Notes under the pieces: model-generated | The model's input: only the letters and a program-made list of their open reading frames with translations | Databases searched by the model: none | What the model was told of the DNA's origin: nothing | Translations under genes and position numbers: made by a program | Shown: positions 46,301-54,751 of the stretch, piece after piece | Position numbering within the stretch: position 1 is the stretch's first letter | Layout of the letters: the number at the start of each line of letters is the position of its first letter | Sequence record: OP752703.1 | Reading direction: 5' to 3' (one strand) | DNA: 64,000 bases

Positions 46301-47852
46301 ATGGGCTTGGCGTGACACTAGGAGTTACCGCAGCAGTTACGCTAGGAGTGGCCGTCAATGTAGGTGTAGTGCTTGGTGTAATCGAAGCAGTAACCGATAT
46401 TGAAGCTGTTACTGTCGGAGTAGCGGTAGCTGATGGATCAGGAGTAGACGCAGGTGTTCCACTATTTGACACCGTAGGAGTAATCGTCGCTGTTACCGAT
46501 GGGGTAGCAGAATTAGTAGGAGTAACTTCCGCTGTTACTGACGGAGTATTGCTTGGCGTAACGTCAGGTGTACCACTGTTACTTACAGTCGGTGTTATGG
46601 TAGGTGTTACTGACGCCGTTGGAGAAGGTGTAGCACCAGCAGTCACACTAGGAGTTGCAGAAAGCGACGGGGTTGTACTTGGTGTTACCGAAGCAGTAAC
46701 CGATACCGAAGCTGTTACTGTCGGAGTGGCAGTAGCCGATGGGTCAGGAGTAGCTGCTGGTGTTCCACTATTTGAAATGGTAGGAGTAATCGTCGCTGTT
46801 ACCGATGGGGTAGCAGAATTAGTAGGAGTTACTGCGGATGTTCCAGTAGGTGTATTGCTTGGTGTAGCACCCGGAGTTCCTGAATTACTTACAGTCGGTG
46901 TTATTGACGCTGTTACAGTTGCCGTTGGAGAAGGCGTAGCACCAGCAGTCACACTAGGAGTCGCTGAAAGTGACGGAGTAGCGGATGCCGTTGGAGAAGG
47001 TGTAGCACTCACATCAGGCGTTGCGGAAATTGTAGGAATAAAATACGGAGACGGCGTTCCATACAAAGTAGGAGTCAAATACACTGACGGGGTTGCATAC
47101 AGCGATGGCGTAGTTGTCATCGTTACAGACGGAGTGTTCGTAGCTGTTACAGATGGCGTTACCGATGGCGTAGCAGTACTAGTAGGCGTTACCGAAGTTG
47201 CCGGAGTTCTAGTCTGTGATAGAGTAGGCGTTGCGGTAACAGATGGTAGAATATATAGAATTTTAGAATCTGATGTACTGGACTTTGTTCCTACCTTAGC
47301 CTTAATTTGCATTAGGAAATTAGAGCCTCTAACCATATTACGAGGAATAGACATAGGGTATCCAGTGAATGGAATACTTACCCACATGTTAGTAGTGGAA
47401 CACCATACCTCAATAAAGTCGGGTAGTTTTGTAGTATCACCCTGCCATGAGTTAATTATAGCGATAGCTTCTTCACTATTATGTGGAACCCAAGTCATAT
47501 CTCTACCAGACATGTTAGGAACCGCATCCAAGGTCCAGTCCGATTCTATAAATGGAAGTACCATGTTAGTAGTCGGAGCGGATGTTGGCTGCGGAGTATT
47601 ACTCGGGTACGGTGTATTAGTCGGGGTTGCACCGGGGGTCGGGCTAACTCTAGCTGTACGAGAAGGGGTTACTGTTGGTGTCGCCGATGCTGTTGGCGTC
47701 GGAGTTATTGTTACGCTTCGAGTGACGGAAGGCGATGGTGGTGGAACTGGCGAGATTTCAGGACTCGACCCTCCACACCCACAACATCTACTGTTAACAC
47801 TGCTTATCGCTAACGGAACAATATCTGGCTCGGCGGCCGGTCTGATAATCAT
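43305..47852 (-). CDS. Giant S/T/P-rich virion protein (1515 aa) with two putative Ig (He_PIG-like) domains and a duplicated beta domain
   Basis: LPQGLTLD..SGVISGVPT.AGSY and LPDGLVV..SGAVTGTPT..GTY; two VLPF..DW...INSWQG...PD domains; long TPS stalks. Confidence 0.85.
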   Translation of the reverse strand: MIIRPAAEPDIVPLAISSVNSRCCGCGGSSPEISPVPPPSPSVTRSVTITPTPTASATPTVTPSRTARVSPTPGATPTNTPYPSNTPQPTSAPTTNMVLPFIESDWTLDAVPNMSGRDMTWVPHNSEEAIAIINSWQGDTTKLPDFIEVWCSTTNMWVSIPFTGYPMSIPRNMVRGSNFLMQIKAKVGTKSSTSDSKILYILPSVTATPTLSQTRTPATSVTPTSTATPSVTPSVTATNTPSVTMTTTPSLYATPSVYLTPTLYGTPSPYFIPTISATPDVSATPSPTASATPSLSATPSVTAGATPSPTATVTASITPTVSNSGTPGATPSNTPTGTSAVTPTNSATPSVTATITPTISNSGTPAATPDPSATATPTVTASVSVTASVTPSTTPSLSATPSVTAGATPSPTASVTPTITPTVSNSGTPDVTPSNTPSVTAEVTPTNSATPSVTATITPTVSNSGTPASTPDPSATATPTVTASISVTASITPSTTPTLTATPSVTAAVTPSVTPSPSALVVLPFLDDDWTFYFDPYTTLVRAMIDINSWQGTLNPKPDQILWQTIAPNEDQLWRVYADFKENPELDWPRHMTLSGIGLQPGETYLFRIKAVVNGIESVYSEKGGVVPPFVSVTPTITPSVSISNTPTPTPTPSVTPSGIPDVILNVTDVAASRGVIDQPYASQLNASGGNGIYTYSIWSGGLPQGLTLDISSGVISGVPTAAGSYEIGVRVDSGSKYDVEMVTIYVYQETLDMWFGGAKEIETTSNIEVTVNPSGGIAPYTFSAPSVTPENYPELVFDDTVDPQQPYFYGYIRTPGTHTIPVTMVDSVGGSFTKELVFIVTEAPDVSPTPTPTPSITPSMTPVPTENTLYYIESNVSDSVPSDNARASDTTGLIHDDKLMVRNSYFLVEKDENGNEVEQTSKIITLDHADELNKFTIALLSDDGYNVTKLAYTGPNSNPDIKYSNFSFLPRSNSLILAESNVADGTYQMHMWELTENNLLDWSTTPVGQTLPIPTKTVNLSPLIRNVLLGTIDRLYVDKAYDDETNTLHDRIYFITKTTASVDGEVLIMTAINRNNGDGTFTIQNAPARYLGNAGEFIGSTSQPPNPNFTVIFTVNVDDGSADGFTSKIIAKRYESLIGSDFIVSDVSAYNLPTFTHITTSADFTKMLASSYNSNIIYAFDPYTFEYISESGQIVDGQPTTVVNYDYIRTNIVPTNSHTFWDATTHSPWAKLNIVNYDNPLMNMTYLHYDVHRMILRAQSWKYSSNVNDSSDVTSTYIGFIGIRDTIPVLPSPTPTSSPMSSPTATPTQTAAVTPSQTASITPTVTPTISFSPSSTPAVTPSGTPAVTPSQTASVTPTVTQTVTPSNTVTPSAQASPTPTPSPVPQLVLDVLQIPEEGMVKIPYEGQLSVTGGPNPNYIFTIDPSKPLPDGLVVNMQSGAVTGTPTTIGTYTVGFRVESTPVTTQVDKVITINIFDASFDGMQYTTQPEDFKNTLDGTEMPAEPSEGYDAGEFQ
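46320..46980 (-). repeat. Tandem 306-bp (102-codon) duplication inside the stalk
   Basis: ggagaagg(t/c)gtagcaccagcagtcacactaggag at 46621 and 46927; gaagcagtaaccgata at about 46384 and 46690. Confidence 0.8.
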
Positions 47853-47858
47853 TATTTG

Positions 47859-48170
47859 TTACACTCCTAAAGAAATTCCAATTTCAAAGTTCCATGCTGA
47901 AATGTCAGGTCTTGCGACCCTATAAGTACCCGGCATACTTAATGTTACTTGCTGCATATTCGCATCAAATCGAATAGCAGAGTATTGTACCGTGGCTAAT
48001 GTGATAAAGTTTCCATTAATATCCGCACGTTGTACGGTTAGAACTGGACCTACTTCCATGTTTAGCCCGTCAGGATTATAGACAGAAAGTAAAACGCATT
48101 CACCATCTGCGATTGTGAATTCGTCTGATACGGCTTCTGTAAGACCCGGTGCTAGAATACTTGTTGCCAT
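47859..48170 (-). CDS. Hypothetical protein, probably structural
   Basis: AAGGA RBS and TAAATA upstream; heads the minus-strand structural operon. Confidence 0.75.
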   Translation of the reverse strand: MATSILAPGLTEAVSDEFTIADGECVLLSVYNPDGLNMEVGPVLTVQRADINGNFITLATVQYSAIRFDANMQQVTLSMPGTYRVARPDISAWNFEIGISLGV

Positions 48171-48215
48171 TTTTTGGTGTCCTTAATTTACCTGTTATTT
48201 ATACTCTTAGGAACA

Positions 48216-48242
48216 AGAAAGGGGCCGAAGCCCCTTTCTTGT
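48216..48242 (-). terminator. UUCG-loop terminator after phoH
   Basis: Minus strand AGAAAGGGGC-ttcg-GCCCCTTTCT. Confidence 0.8.
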
Positions 48243-48260
48243 TTAACTGTTTTGAGAAGA

Positions 48261-49067
48261 TTAGGAAATGTTACTACCGTCTTCATCTTCAAGAGCGATG
48301 ATCCAACTCTTGACAAATCCAGAACGAACGATATCATGCTTAGTGTAATGAATGTGGTCGAAGCCCTTCATACGGTTAGATACTCGTACAAACTTATGGA
48401 AACCAGACTCTTCCTTGGTGTTGTTCGCAAAGTCATTCTGTGCAATGTCGCCGCAGACGATGATACGTGAACCCTTACCAACACGGGTCATTACGGTGTG
48501 AATTTCTTCGAACGTTAGGTTTTGCACTTCGTCAACGATGATGATACTATTGTCCCAAGTTAGACCACGTAGGAACGAAGTAGGCATGAACTTAATGACC
48601 CCTTCTTCAACCATGTCGTCATAGGTGCTTGCTCGACCAGTTAGGTCATGCATAGAATCACGGTATACAGCTTCGTATGGTGCTAGCTTTTCCTTTTCGT
48701 CACCCGGTAGGAAACCGATATCACGTGACGGGACGGCACTGCGAACGATGACAATTTGCTTCTGTCCATCACCACCAAATACACTCTGTGATGCCAACCA
48801 AAGAGCTAGATACGTTTTACCTGTACCAGCGCTACCACTTGCAATAATATGATTGCCGGTGAAGTAGGATTCGATCATGGCGGATTGACGAATGTTTAGA
48901 GGCTTTAGATTCTTGAAATCGTGTTCTGTCCAATTTCTTTTCTTAGGGCCTTCTGCACGGGCAGCGCGATCTTGGAATTCATGATTAATGTAATCAAGAC
49001 GCTCTCTGTCGAAACGGGTCAATCTCTTTGTTTTTTCATTACGGTGGGATTTATTCTTTCGTGCCAT
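48261..49067 (-). CDS. phoH: PhoH-family ATPase
   Basis: GSAGTGKT, IGFLPGD..EK, FLRGLTW, DEVQN, GDIAQ.D, DIVRSG. Confidence 0.95.
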   Translation of the reverse strand: MARKNKSHRNEKTKRLTRFDRERLDYINHEFQDRAARAEGPKKRNWTEHDFKNLKPLNIRQSAMIESYFTGNHIIASGSAGTGKTYLALWLASQSVFGGDGQKQIVIVRSAVPSRDIGFLPGDEKEKLAPYEAVYRDSMHDLTGRASTYDDMVEEGVIKFMPTSFLRGLTWDNSIIIVDEVQNLTFEEIHTVMTRVGKGSRIIVCGDIAQNDFANNTKEESGFHKFVRVSNRMKGFDHIHYTKHDIVRSGFVKSWIIALEDEDGSNIS

Positions 49068-49069
49068 GT

Positions 49070-49346
49070 TTAACTCCTAGAGTGTTTGGCGGGTTTTACA
49101 ACTTCGTGAGGGTGAAACTGTTAACGATTGTATAGGTTTCTGTGAAGAGTGTCAATCGTTATCTCCTAGAATTGAATAGGAGAGAGTGCCGAAGTTGTAA
49201 GACGGAGTTTGGCTATGTGAGTGGAATAAGATCGAGACAGGAGTTTTTGGGTTATATGTTCGCATCAGAACCGACTTGATTAAATACTAGTGTAAATCTT
49301 AAACAGGCACTCTCTATTGTGTCTATTCGATTAACGTAAATATTTA
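49070..49346 (-). ncRNA. Candidate structured leader RNA upstream of phoH
   Basis: Nested inverted repeats 49096-106/49190-200, 49122-130/49153-161, 49162-168/49177-183, and long-range 49181-190/49306-315. Confidence 0.4.
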
Positions 49347-49371
49347 TGATGGAAATTTAAGGAATAACCAA

Positions 49372-49662
49372 ATGCTTGATACTGCTAAAGAAAGTGCTTA
49401 CATTTATGATGGGAAAGAAGTTAGATTGACTGGACGCTTGGCTAAACGCCCGGTGTATGGTAAGAATAACCCTAACGTAGCTGTAGGTGAAATGACTATT
49501 GTTGAAATCGCTCCAAAAATTGGTAGTGCTATCTCTTCCGATCCAAACTTGGTACAATGGGTAAACCCCCGACATTTGTTCTATGTTGTATCTGAACAAG
49601 TTGTTGTCACCAACGAGTTGATCGACTCGCTAATTGAAGAGAATAGTAAATCAGATGATTAA
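49372..49662 (+). CDS. Hypothetical protein
   Basis: TAAGGA RBS; TAAATA upstream. Confidence 0.7.
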   Translation: MLDTAKESAYIYDGKEVRLTGRLAKRPVYGKNNPNVAVGEMTIVEIAPKIGSAISSDPNLVQWVNPRHLFYVVSEQVVVTNELIDSLIEENSKSDD

Positions 49663-50164
49663 ACAAATCAGCGTAATCGCAGCCGTAGATAATTCCTACG
49701 GCTTCGGGAAGGATGGAAAGATTCCGTGGCACTACCCGGAAGACTTTAAATTCTTCAAAACAAAGACAGAGAACTCTGTCGTAATCATGGGTAAGGCTAC
49801 CTATGATGATCTTGTAGGATACACCAAGGGGGATAATTTCCTACCTACCCGTGAGTGTATCGTCCTCACACGCTCCACAGAGACGCCTCCTTACGCCAAC
49901 GTAACATTCGTCACCAACCATGCGGACGCTCTAGAGAAGGCTCGCACGTTTGACTGTGAAGTGTTCTACATTGGTGGAGAGAACGTCTTTACCTATGGTC
50001 TAAGTGTAGCTGATACGGTGTACCTAACCCATATCAATAAATATTTCGATTGTGACAAGTTCTTCCCTCTGGATAAACTATCACAGCATTTCATGGTAGG
50101 TACGAGTAAGGCTTCTGAGAAGCACTCTGAACTAACCTACAAGACGTATGTAAGGAACAAATAA
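49655..50164 (+). CDS. frd: Dihydrofolate reductase
   Basis: IAAVD..YGFGKDGKIPWHYPEDFKFFK, VIMGKATY, YIGGE, CDKFFP. Confidence 0.93.
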   Translation: MIKQISVIAAVDNSYGFGKDGKIPWHYPEDFKFFKTKTENSVVIMGKATYDDLVGYTKGDNFLPTRECIVLTRSTETPPYANVTFVTNHADALEKARTFDCEVFYIGGENVFTYGLSVADTVYLTHINKYFDCDKFFPLDKLSQHFMVGTSKASEKHSELTYKTYVRNK

Positions 50165-50165
50165 A

Positions 50166-50711
50166 ATGGCTAGGAGCTTAATGGAAATTCTAATGGAAGA
50201 AAAGATTACCGATCTAGGTAAGGACGGTACGTATATCGCTGTGCGTTTCACAAAAGAATCACAGGACAAGCTACAGGCTCTTGCTAAGAGTCTAGAAGTG
50301 GATAACATTGTCGCCAAAGACAAGTATCATGTTACTGTTGTATTCAGCCGCAAGCCTTTCACTAATTTCACTATCAGTGGAAAGCTAAAGAAGCCATGGC
50401 TAGTCCATCCTACCGAACTTGAAATCTTCCCGACTCAATCGGGTTCAAGAGCTTTGGTTCTACGTCTGGATGCTCCTAAGCTTGTTCAGCGCCATGAATA
50501 TTTCAAGAAAGAACATGGTGCAACATATGACTATGATGAATACAAAACTCATGTTACACTAAGCTATGACGTTGGCCCGGATTGGGAAATTCCAGAAGAC
50601 TTCAAGGCTGATCGCATGTTCAAGACTTTGAGCATTGACGAAGAGTATTACGAGCCTCTGAATAACGATTGGGCTAGCAAATCAACTGAATCAAACGAAG
50701 ATAAGGAATAA
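50166..50711 (+). CDS. acb1: Acb1-like (T4 gp57B) 2H phosphoesterase, anti-CBASS nuclease candidate
   Basis: GTYIAVRF...YHVTVVFSR...LVLRLD...HGATYDYDEYKTHVTLSYDVG...EYYEPL..DW mirrors T4 57B; two HxT motifs. Confidence 0.85.
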   Translation: MARSLMEILMEEKITDLGKDGTYIAVRFTKESQDKLQALAKSLEVDNIVAKDKYHVTVVFSRKPFTNFTISGKLKKPWLVHPTELEIFPTQSGSRALVLRLDAPKLVQRHEYFKKEHGATYDYDEYKTHVTLSYDVGPDWEIPEDFKADRMFKTLSIDEEYYEPLNNDWASKSTESNEDKE

Positions 50712-50712
50712 A

Positions 50713-50859
50713 ATGACCCCTGATGTAAATGAAACTGTAGAAGAAACCGGCTGTGGTATTGAAGATACCTGCGCTATGGACGTGACCAAGACTCTTTCAG
50801 AAGAGCAGAACAAAGAAATGATGGAACACGCCCTAGGCGGATTAGACGATCTTCTTTAA
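50713..50859 (+). CDS. Small acidic protein (48 aa, not in the ORF track)
   Basis: MTPDVNETVEETGCGIEDTCAMDV...GLDDLL*; TAAGGA RBS. Confidence 0.55.
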   Translation: MTPDVNETVEETGCGIEDTCAMDVTKTLSEEQNKEMMEHALGGLDDLL

Positions 50860-50879
50860 TCTTCTACAACTTAGATAAA

Positions 50880-50910
50880 GTGAAGGCCGCTTACGCGGCC
50901 TTTACTGTTT
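50880..50910. terminator. Bidirectional terminator
   Basis: GTGAAGGCCGC-ttac-GCGGCCTTTAC between convergent genes. Confidence 0.75.
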
Positions 50911-52219
50911 TCAGGTTTTGTTCCATCATCAACTCAGGAGTTAAAGCTTCTAGAGCATCGAGGGTGTCGATTAGGGCATCCATTTCTTCTTCTAGCTTCT
51001 TTACTTCGTCTTTCGTGATGCGATACATTGGTAGAGCCACATAGGTGGTCGCCCTGTCCACTGTTAGGTTCTTTACATTGGCTACAGCCTTTTCGATGAA
51101 TTCCTGCTTAGTGAATGATTTGAAGTCTACCTTCAAGCACCACTCAATGAATCGTGCCTTTAGGTCTGCAAGATAAATGTCATTCTGCAAGCATTCAATC
51201 TGGTAGTTCAGACTCTTCTGATACAATGGAATTCGTCGCTTGTACCATAACTCAACCACTGCTTCTGGACTGTCAAGAGTTACAGGAGACGTTGATTCAA
51301 TATCCCAAAACACGAAGTTTTCGGTCATCTTCTCAGTCAGCTTGAATATTTTGATTAGTTCATCCACACCCTTGGCTGATAGCTCACGTGGACATTCAAT
51401 GATCCATTTCCAACCATCCTCAGTTGACATATTGTGATAGTCTTTGATTATCTTTTCGTCTAGAAGAGCGTTTAAGACTTTCTTGTACTTGTCATTGTCA
51501 TACTTTGGTGGTAGCTCAGTAATCTCTAGGCGAGTGGTATTGATGATCTTGATTACACCAGTCATTAGAACCTGACGATCTTCCTTTTCAATCGTACCGT
51601 GCCAGTTCTTAATGTATGGAGTTAGCTTTGTCTTGACCTTGCCATACTTTAAGACTTCTTTACAAGCCTTCACTACGTCAGCTACGTTATAGCCTAGAAT
51701 ATCGCTCTTGTAACCGTTACCGATACCCTCACCCGGATTCAATAGAATGGTAGGGATGATCGGAATGAAGTATTCAGGTTCAATTCTATCGCCGTCATCA
51801 TAAAGATACGTGACGATATCTTGATCTTCCTTCTTGAACATGGTATGCCAGTTGTCGTGCAACTTAGTGTTAATGTAACGGTAGCCACCACTCTTGTTAG
51901 AAAGGCGAGTACCGAACTGACCTTGCTTTGCTAGCCACGGAACGTTGTTAGCTCCGGGGAAGTCCTGTGCTAGGCCGACAACGGCAGTCATCATGGAAGC
52001 TTCACCATGATGATATGCGGTCATTTCAGAAGCCTTGGCCGCAAGCTGTGAGACTCGCGGCATATCCGTCTTCGGAATGTTAAGGCAGGTATGAATGATC
52101 TTACGATGGGTGATCTTCAAACCATCCATCAAATGCGGTAATGCTCGACGGTTGTCGTAGTCCGCATAGACAGGCCATTCATCTTGAATGAAATTAGCAA
52201 CAGTAATCTTATTATCCAT
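50891..52219 (-). CDS. Type II topoisomerase subunit A (gp52-like)
   Basis: RRALPHLMDGLK...RK, YHHGE, GQFGTR, RYI active-site Tyr, IPTILLN; start set at MDNKITV. Confidence 0.93.
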   Translation of the reverse strand: MDNKITVANFIQDEWPVYADYDNRRALPHLMDGLKITHRKIIHTCLNIPKTDMPRVSQLAAKASEMTAYHHGEASMMTAVVGLAQDFPGANNVPWLAKQGQFGTRLSNKSGGYRYINTKLHDNWHTMFKKEDQDIVTYLYDDGDRIEPEYFIPIIPTILLNPGEGIGNGYKSDILGYNVADVVKACKEVLKYGKVKTKLTPYIKNWHGTIEKEDRQVLMTGVIKIINTTRLEITELPPKYDNDKYKKVLNALLDEKIIKDYHNMSTEDGWKWIIECPRELSAKGVDELIKIFKLTEKMTENFVFWDIESTSPVTLDSPEAVVELWYKRRIPLYQKSLNYQIECLQNDIYLADLKARFIEWCLKVDFKSFTKQEFIEKAVANVKNLTVDRATTYVALPMYRITKDEVKKLEEEMDALIDTLDALEALTPELMMEQNLKTVKAA

Positions 52220-54113
52220 AGATGAATTCCTTACGGTCGTCGGCACGCTTGGCGTCGAAGGCAATGCTTAGAGCTTCATCATCCAATTCACTTTCATAGC
52301 GGATTGGGATTAGGTATTTTTCATCGAACATATATTTCTTGAAGTATTTTGTGTCGTTACTACCAAGTCCCTTCAAATACGTTGTAGTGAATGGCTTGGT
52401 TTGTTTTGTCTTCCATTCCTCGAATTCCTTCAACGAGAAGAACTCTAGTTCATTCTTGCCTTGGAACACTCGAACAATAGGAGTTTGTAGCTTATATAGG
52501 AAGTCTTGCTTTAGCAAGTTAGGAGCAAGCTTGTGAATGATATTCATAATCAGGGATGCGATGTGAATTCCGTCATGGTCTTGGTCAGTTGAAATTACAA
52601 GCTTGCCATATCGCAAATTATATGGATACTGTACCTTACCAATCTCTAGACCTAGAATCTTTACAAGGCTTTCCAACTCTTGATTAGCTAGAATGTCCTT
52701 TAACTTCATGCCAGTTACATTGATCGGCTTACCCTTCAACGCAAACACTCCTTGGGTTTCAGGGTTTCGGGCAGACTGTAGCGACTTAGCCGCTGAGTCA
52801 CCTTCTGCGATGAACAGTAGGCATTGTGAGCGCATCTTACTTGAAGCAGTTTCATACTTTTCAATGCTACGTAGAGCGCTTACATTGTTCTTACTGGCAT
52901 CCTTTAGCTTTGCACGTGCGGCAATGGCATCTTCCATTTCCTTTTTGTGTTCAGCCCATAGGATAATCTCTTGAACGATTGGAGACTTGATGATGGCCTT
53001 AATAGTCTTTTCATCAACCTTTAGGGACATACCCCAATCCTTCGGCTGGGTGATTAGTAGCTCTTTCGTCTGCGAATCATAGCGAGGATTGTTGATTGTT
53101 GCATTACTGAGCATAAAGAAATGGTTTCTAATGTCAGAAGGTTTCATATCCTGACGAGTCTTCTTCTTGATATGCTCACGAATTCCAGACACAATCTGAC
53201 TCATAATATAATCAATATGAGTACCACCATTCTTAACGTTTGAACTGTTAACGAAACCAACCTGTTGGAAGCCCTTGTCACTATGGAAGACGCTGATCTG
53301 GAAACGATCATGGCCGAAGTCAACACGATCTGCCTTTGGAGAGAATAGATCGGCGAAGTTAGCGAATGTCTTGAAGTTGATTAGGGTATCGTTGAAGTAA
53401 ACTTTAAGGTGAGTGTTACAGGCTGCAATCTCGTAGGTTCTACGCTCCAACATATTGAAGTGATCGTCGTCAAGAGTAATCTCTAGACGTTCGTAATCAG
53501 GGATGAAGGAAATTCTGGTGAATTTTTCCTTTGACTTCGTGACCTTAGCGTCAGTCTTGTCGCCCATGTTATTGCTGTAAACTGTTACAAGCTTGTTCTT
53601 ACCATCAGCAGTCTCTACCTTGAATTCCGTAGAGAAGATATTAGTAAGAGTTGAACCTTCACCGTTCTGACCAGTTGTCACTGAGTCTTCTTCGTCATCG
53701 AAGTTAGTACCACTTCGTAGTTCGCCGAAGATCATTTCTGGAATGTACTGATCGTATTCTGAATGGATAACGACAGGAATACCACCGTTATCGTATACAC
53801 AGATTTGACCTGTGGTACGATCTACATTAACTTTAATGGTGTTTACGTGTTGACCGTCTTCGGTCTTTGAGAAGTCGGCGGAGTTTGAAATGATTTCATC
53901 AAACAACTTTAAATAAGCCGGACTGTAATTGACAGTAGTCCATTCAACTTTATCGTTCTTGATAAGGAATGTCTCTACAGGTTCTACCTTGACTGCGCCC
54001 AAGTATCGACCCGGACGCTTCAAGACGTGTTCTACCGCTGTTAGCTTTTTATATTTGTCTTCTAGAGACTTTACTTTCTTCGTCATTATGTTTGTACCAA
54101 AAACTTGTGACAA
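52212..54113 (-). CDS. Type II topoisomerase subunit B (gp39+60-like; ATG probably about 54086)
   Basis: EHVLKRPGRY, DEIISN, GQNGEG, EGDSA, PLKGK-like ALKGKPIN, TDQDHDG, YLKGLG. Confidence 0.93.
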   Translation of the reverse strand: MSQVFGTNIMTKKVKSLEDKYKKLTAVEHVLKRPGRYLGAVKVEPVETFLIKNDKVEWTTVNYSPAYLKLFDEIISNSADFSKTEDGQHVNTIKVNVDRTTGQICVYDNGGIPVVIHSEYDQYIPEMIFGELRSGTNFDDEEDSVTTGQNGEGSTLTNIFSTEFKVETADGKNKLVTVYSNNMGDKTDAKVTKSKEKFTRISFIPDYERLEITLDDDHFNMLERRTYEIAACNTHLKVYFNDTLINFKTFANFADLFSPKADRVDFGHDRFQISVFHSDKGFQQVGFVNSSNVKNGGTHIDYIMSQIVSGIREHIKKKTRQDMKPSDIRNHFFMLSNATINNPRYDSQTKELLITQPKDWGMSLKVDEKTIKAIIKSPIVQEIILWAEHKKEMEDAIAARAKLKDASKNNVSALRSIEKYETASSKMRSQCLLFIAEGDSAAKSLQSARNPETQGVFALKGKPINVTGMKLKDILANQELESLVKILGLEIGKVQYPYNLRYGKLVISTDQDHDGIHIASLIMNIIHKLAPNLLKQDFLYKLQTPIVRVFQGKNELEFFSLKEFEEWKTKQTKPFTTTYLKGLGSNDTKYFKKYMFDEKYLIPIRYESELDDEALSIAFDAKRADDRKEFIYG

Positions 54114-54145
54114 TTATATAGCAAGTCTCTGGTCAAACGCAACTA

Positions 54146-54391
54146 TTAAGAGAAAATCTTCGCAGCAGCCTGTTCGTAGGTGTCGAAAATATCTTCTTCA
54201 TCTACGTGGAAGATAGCTGGGATTTTGCTATCACGAATGGTATATTTAACGACCGTTTCTACAGTCTTGTCTAGCTTTCCATAGCTTCCTAGGTGGATAT
54301 TTTCAATCTTCCCCTTGGATACAATTTTACTGAACCTATTGACGAAATACACGTCGGTCCCGGCTTGGAACATGTAATCTATTGTTGGCAT
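54146..54391 (-). CDS. Small beta-rich protein (paralogue of 54402..54659)
   Basis: Y.F..G..V.FV...K..I..IH..Y.K pattern. Confidence 0.7.
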   Translation of the reverse strand: MPTIDYMFQAGTDVYFVNRFSKIVSKGKIENIHLGSYGKLDKTVETVVKYTIRDSKIPAIFHVDEEDIFDTYEQAAAKIFS

Positions 54392-54401
54392 ATATCAATC
54401 C

Positions 54402-54659
54402 TTAAAACTTATTGTCATTTATTGCTTCTTCTAGAGTCGCATACAGTTGACTTTGACATGCATTTATGTTAGTCGCACAGTATTCCCCTTCCGTTACTTT
54501 CGCAACGTACCTAATTTCAGTTATAACGTCGCTACCCTTCTTGTAAATGTCCATGTGAACTTGAAGAATAGTTACTTTATAGAACTTTTTCTTGGTTTTG
54601 TCAACCATTATTACCGGCTGGTTGATTTGGAACTTATAATTAGCCGAAAACATTTCCAT
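54402..54659 (-). CDS. Small beta-rich protein (paralogue of 54146..54391)
   Basis: Same pattern; AAGGG RBS and TAAATA upstream. Confidence 0.7.
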   Translation of the reverse strand: MEMFSANYKFQINQPVIMVDKTKKKFYKVTILQVHMDIYKKGSDVITEIRYVAKVTEGEYCATNINACQSQLYATLEEAINDNKF

Positions 54660-54751
54660 CCCTTATAGTGCATAAAAGATATTTATTCAGGTACTAGCAA
54701 ACAGCGTTCTACTGTGATAGAATTGGGGCCTAATTAATCAGGAAAACTTTA

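Noticed and set aside
46312-47925. 537-aa plus-strand ORF (V/G/T/A-rich)
   Set aside because: Antisense shadow of the Thr/Pro/Ser stalk codons in 43305..47852; no RBS or domain. The same artefact gives shorter antisense ORFs at 8947, 10415, 12613 and 60987.
49070-49346. tRNA or tmRNA in the phoH intergenic gap
   Set aside because: No T-loop (GTTCRA), D-loop or CCA pattern; helix lengths do not fit a cloverleaf.
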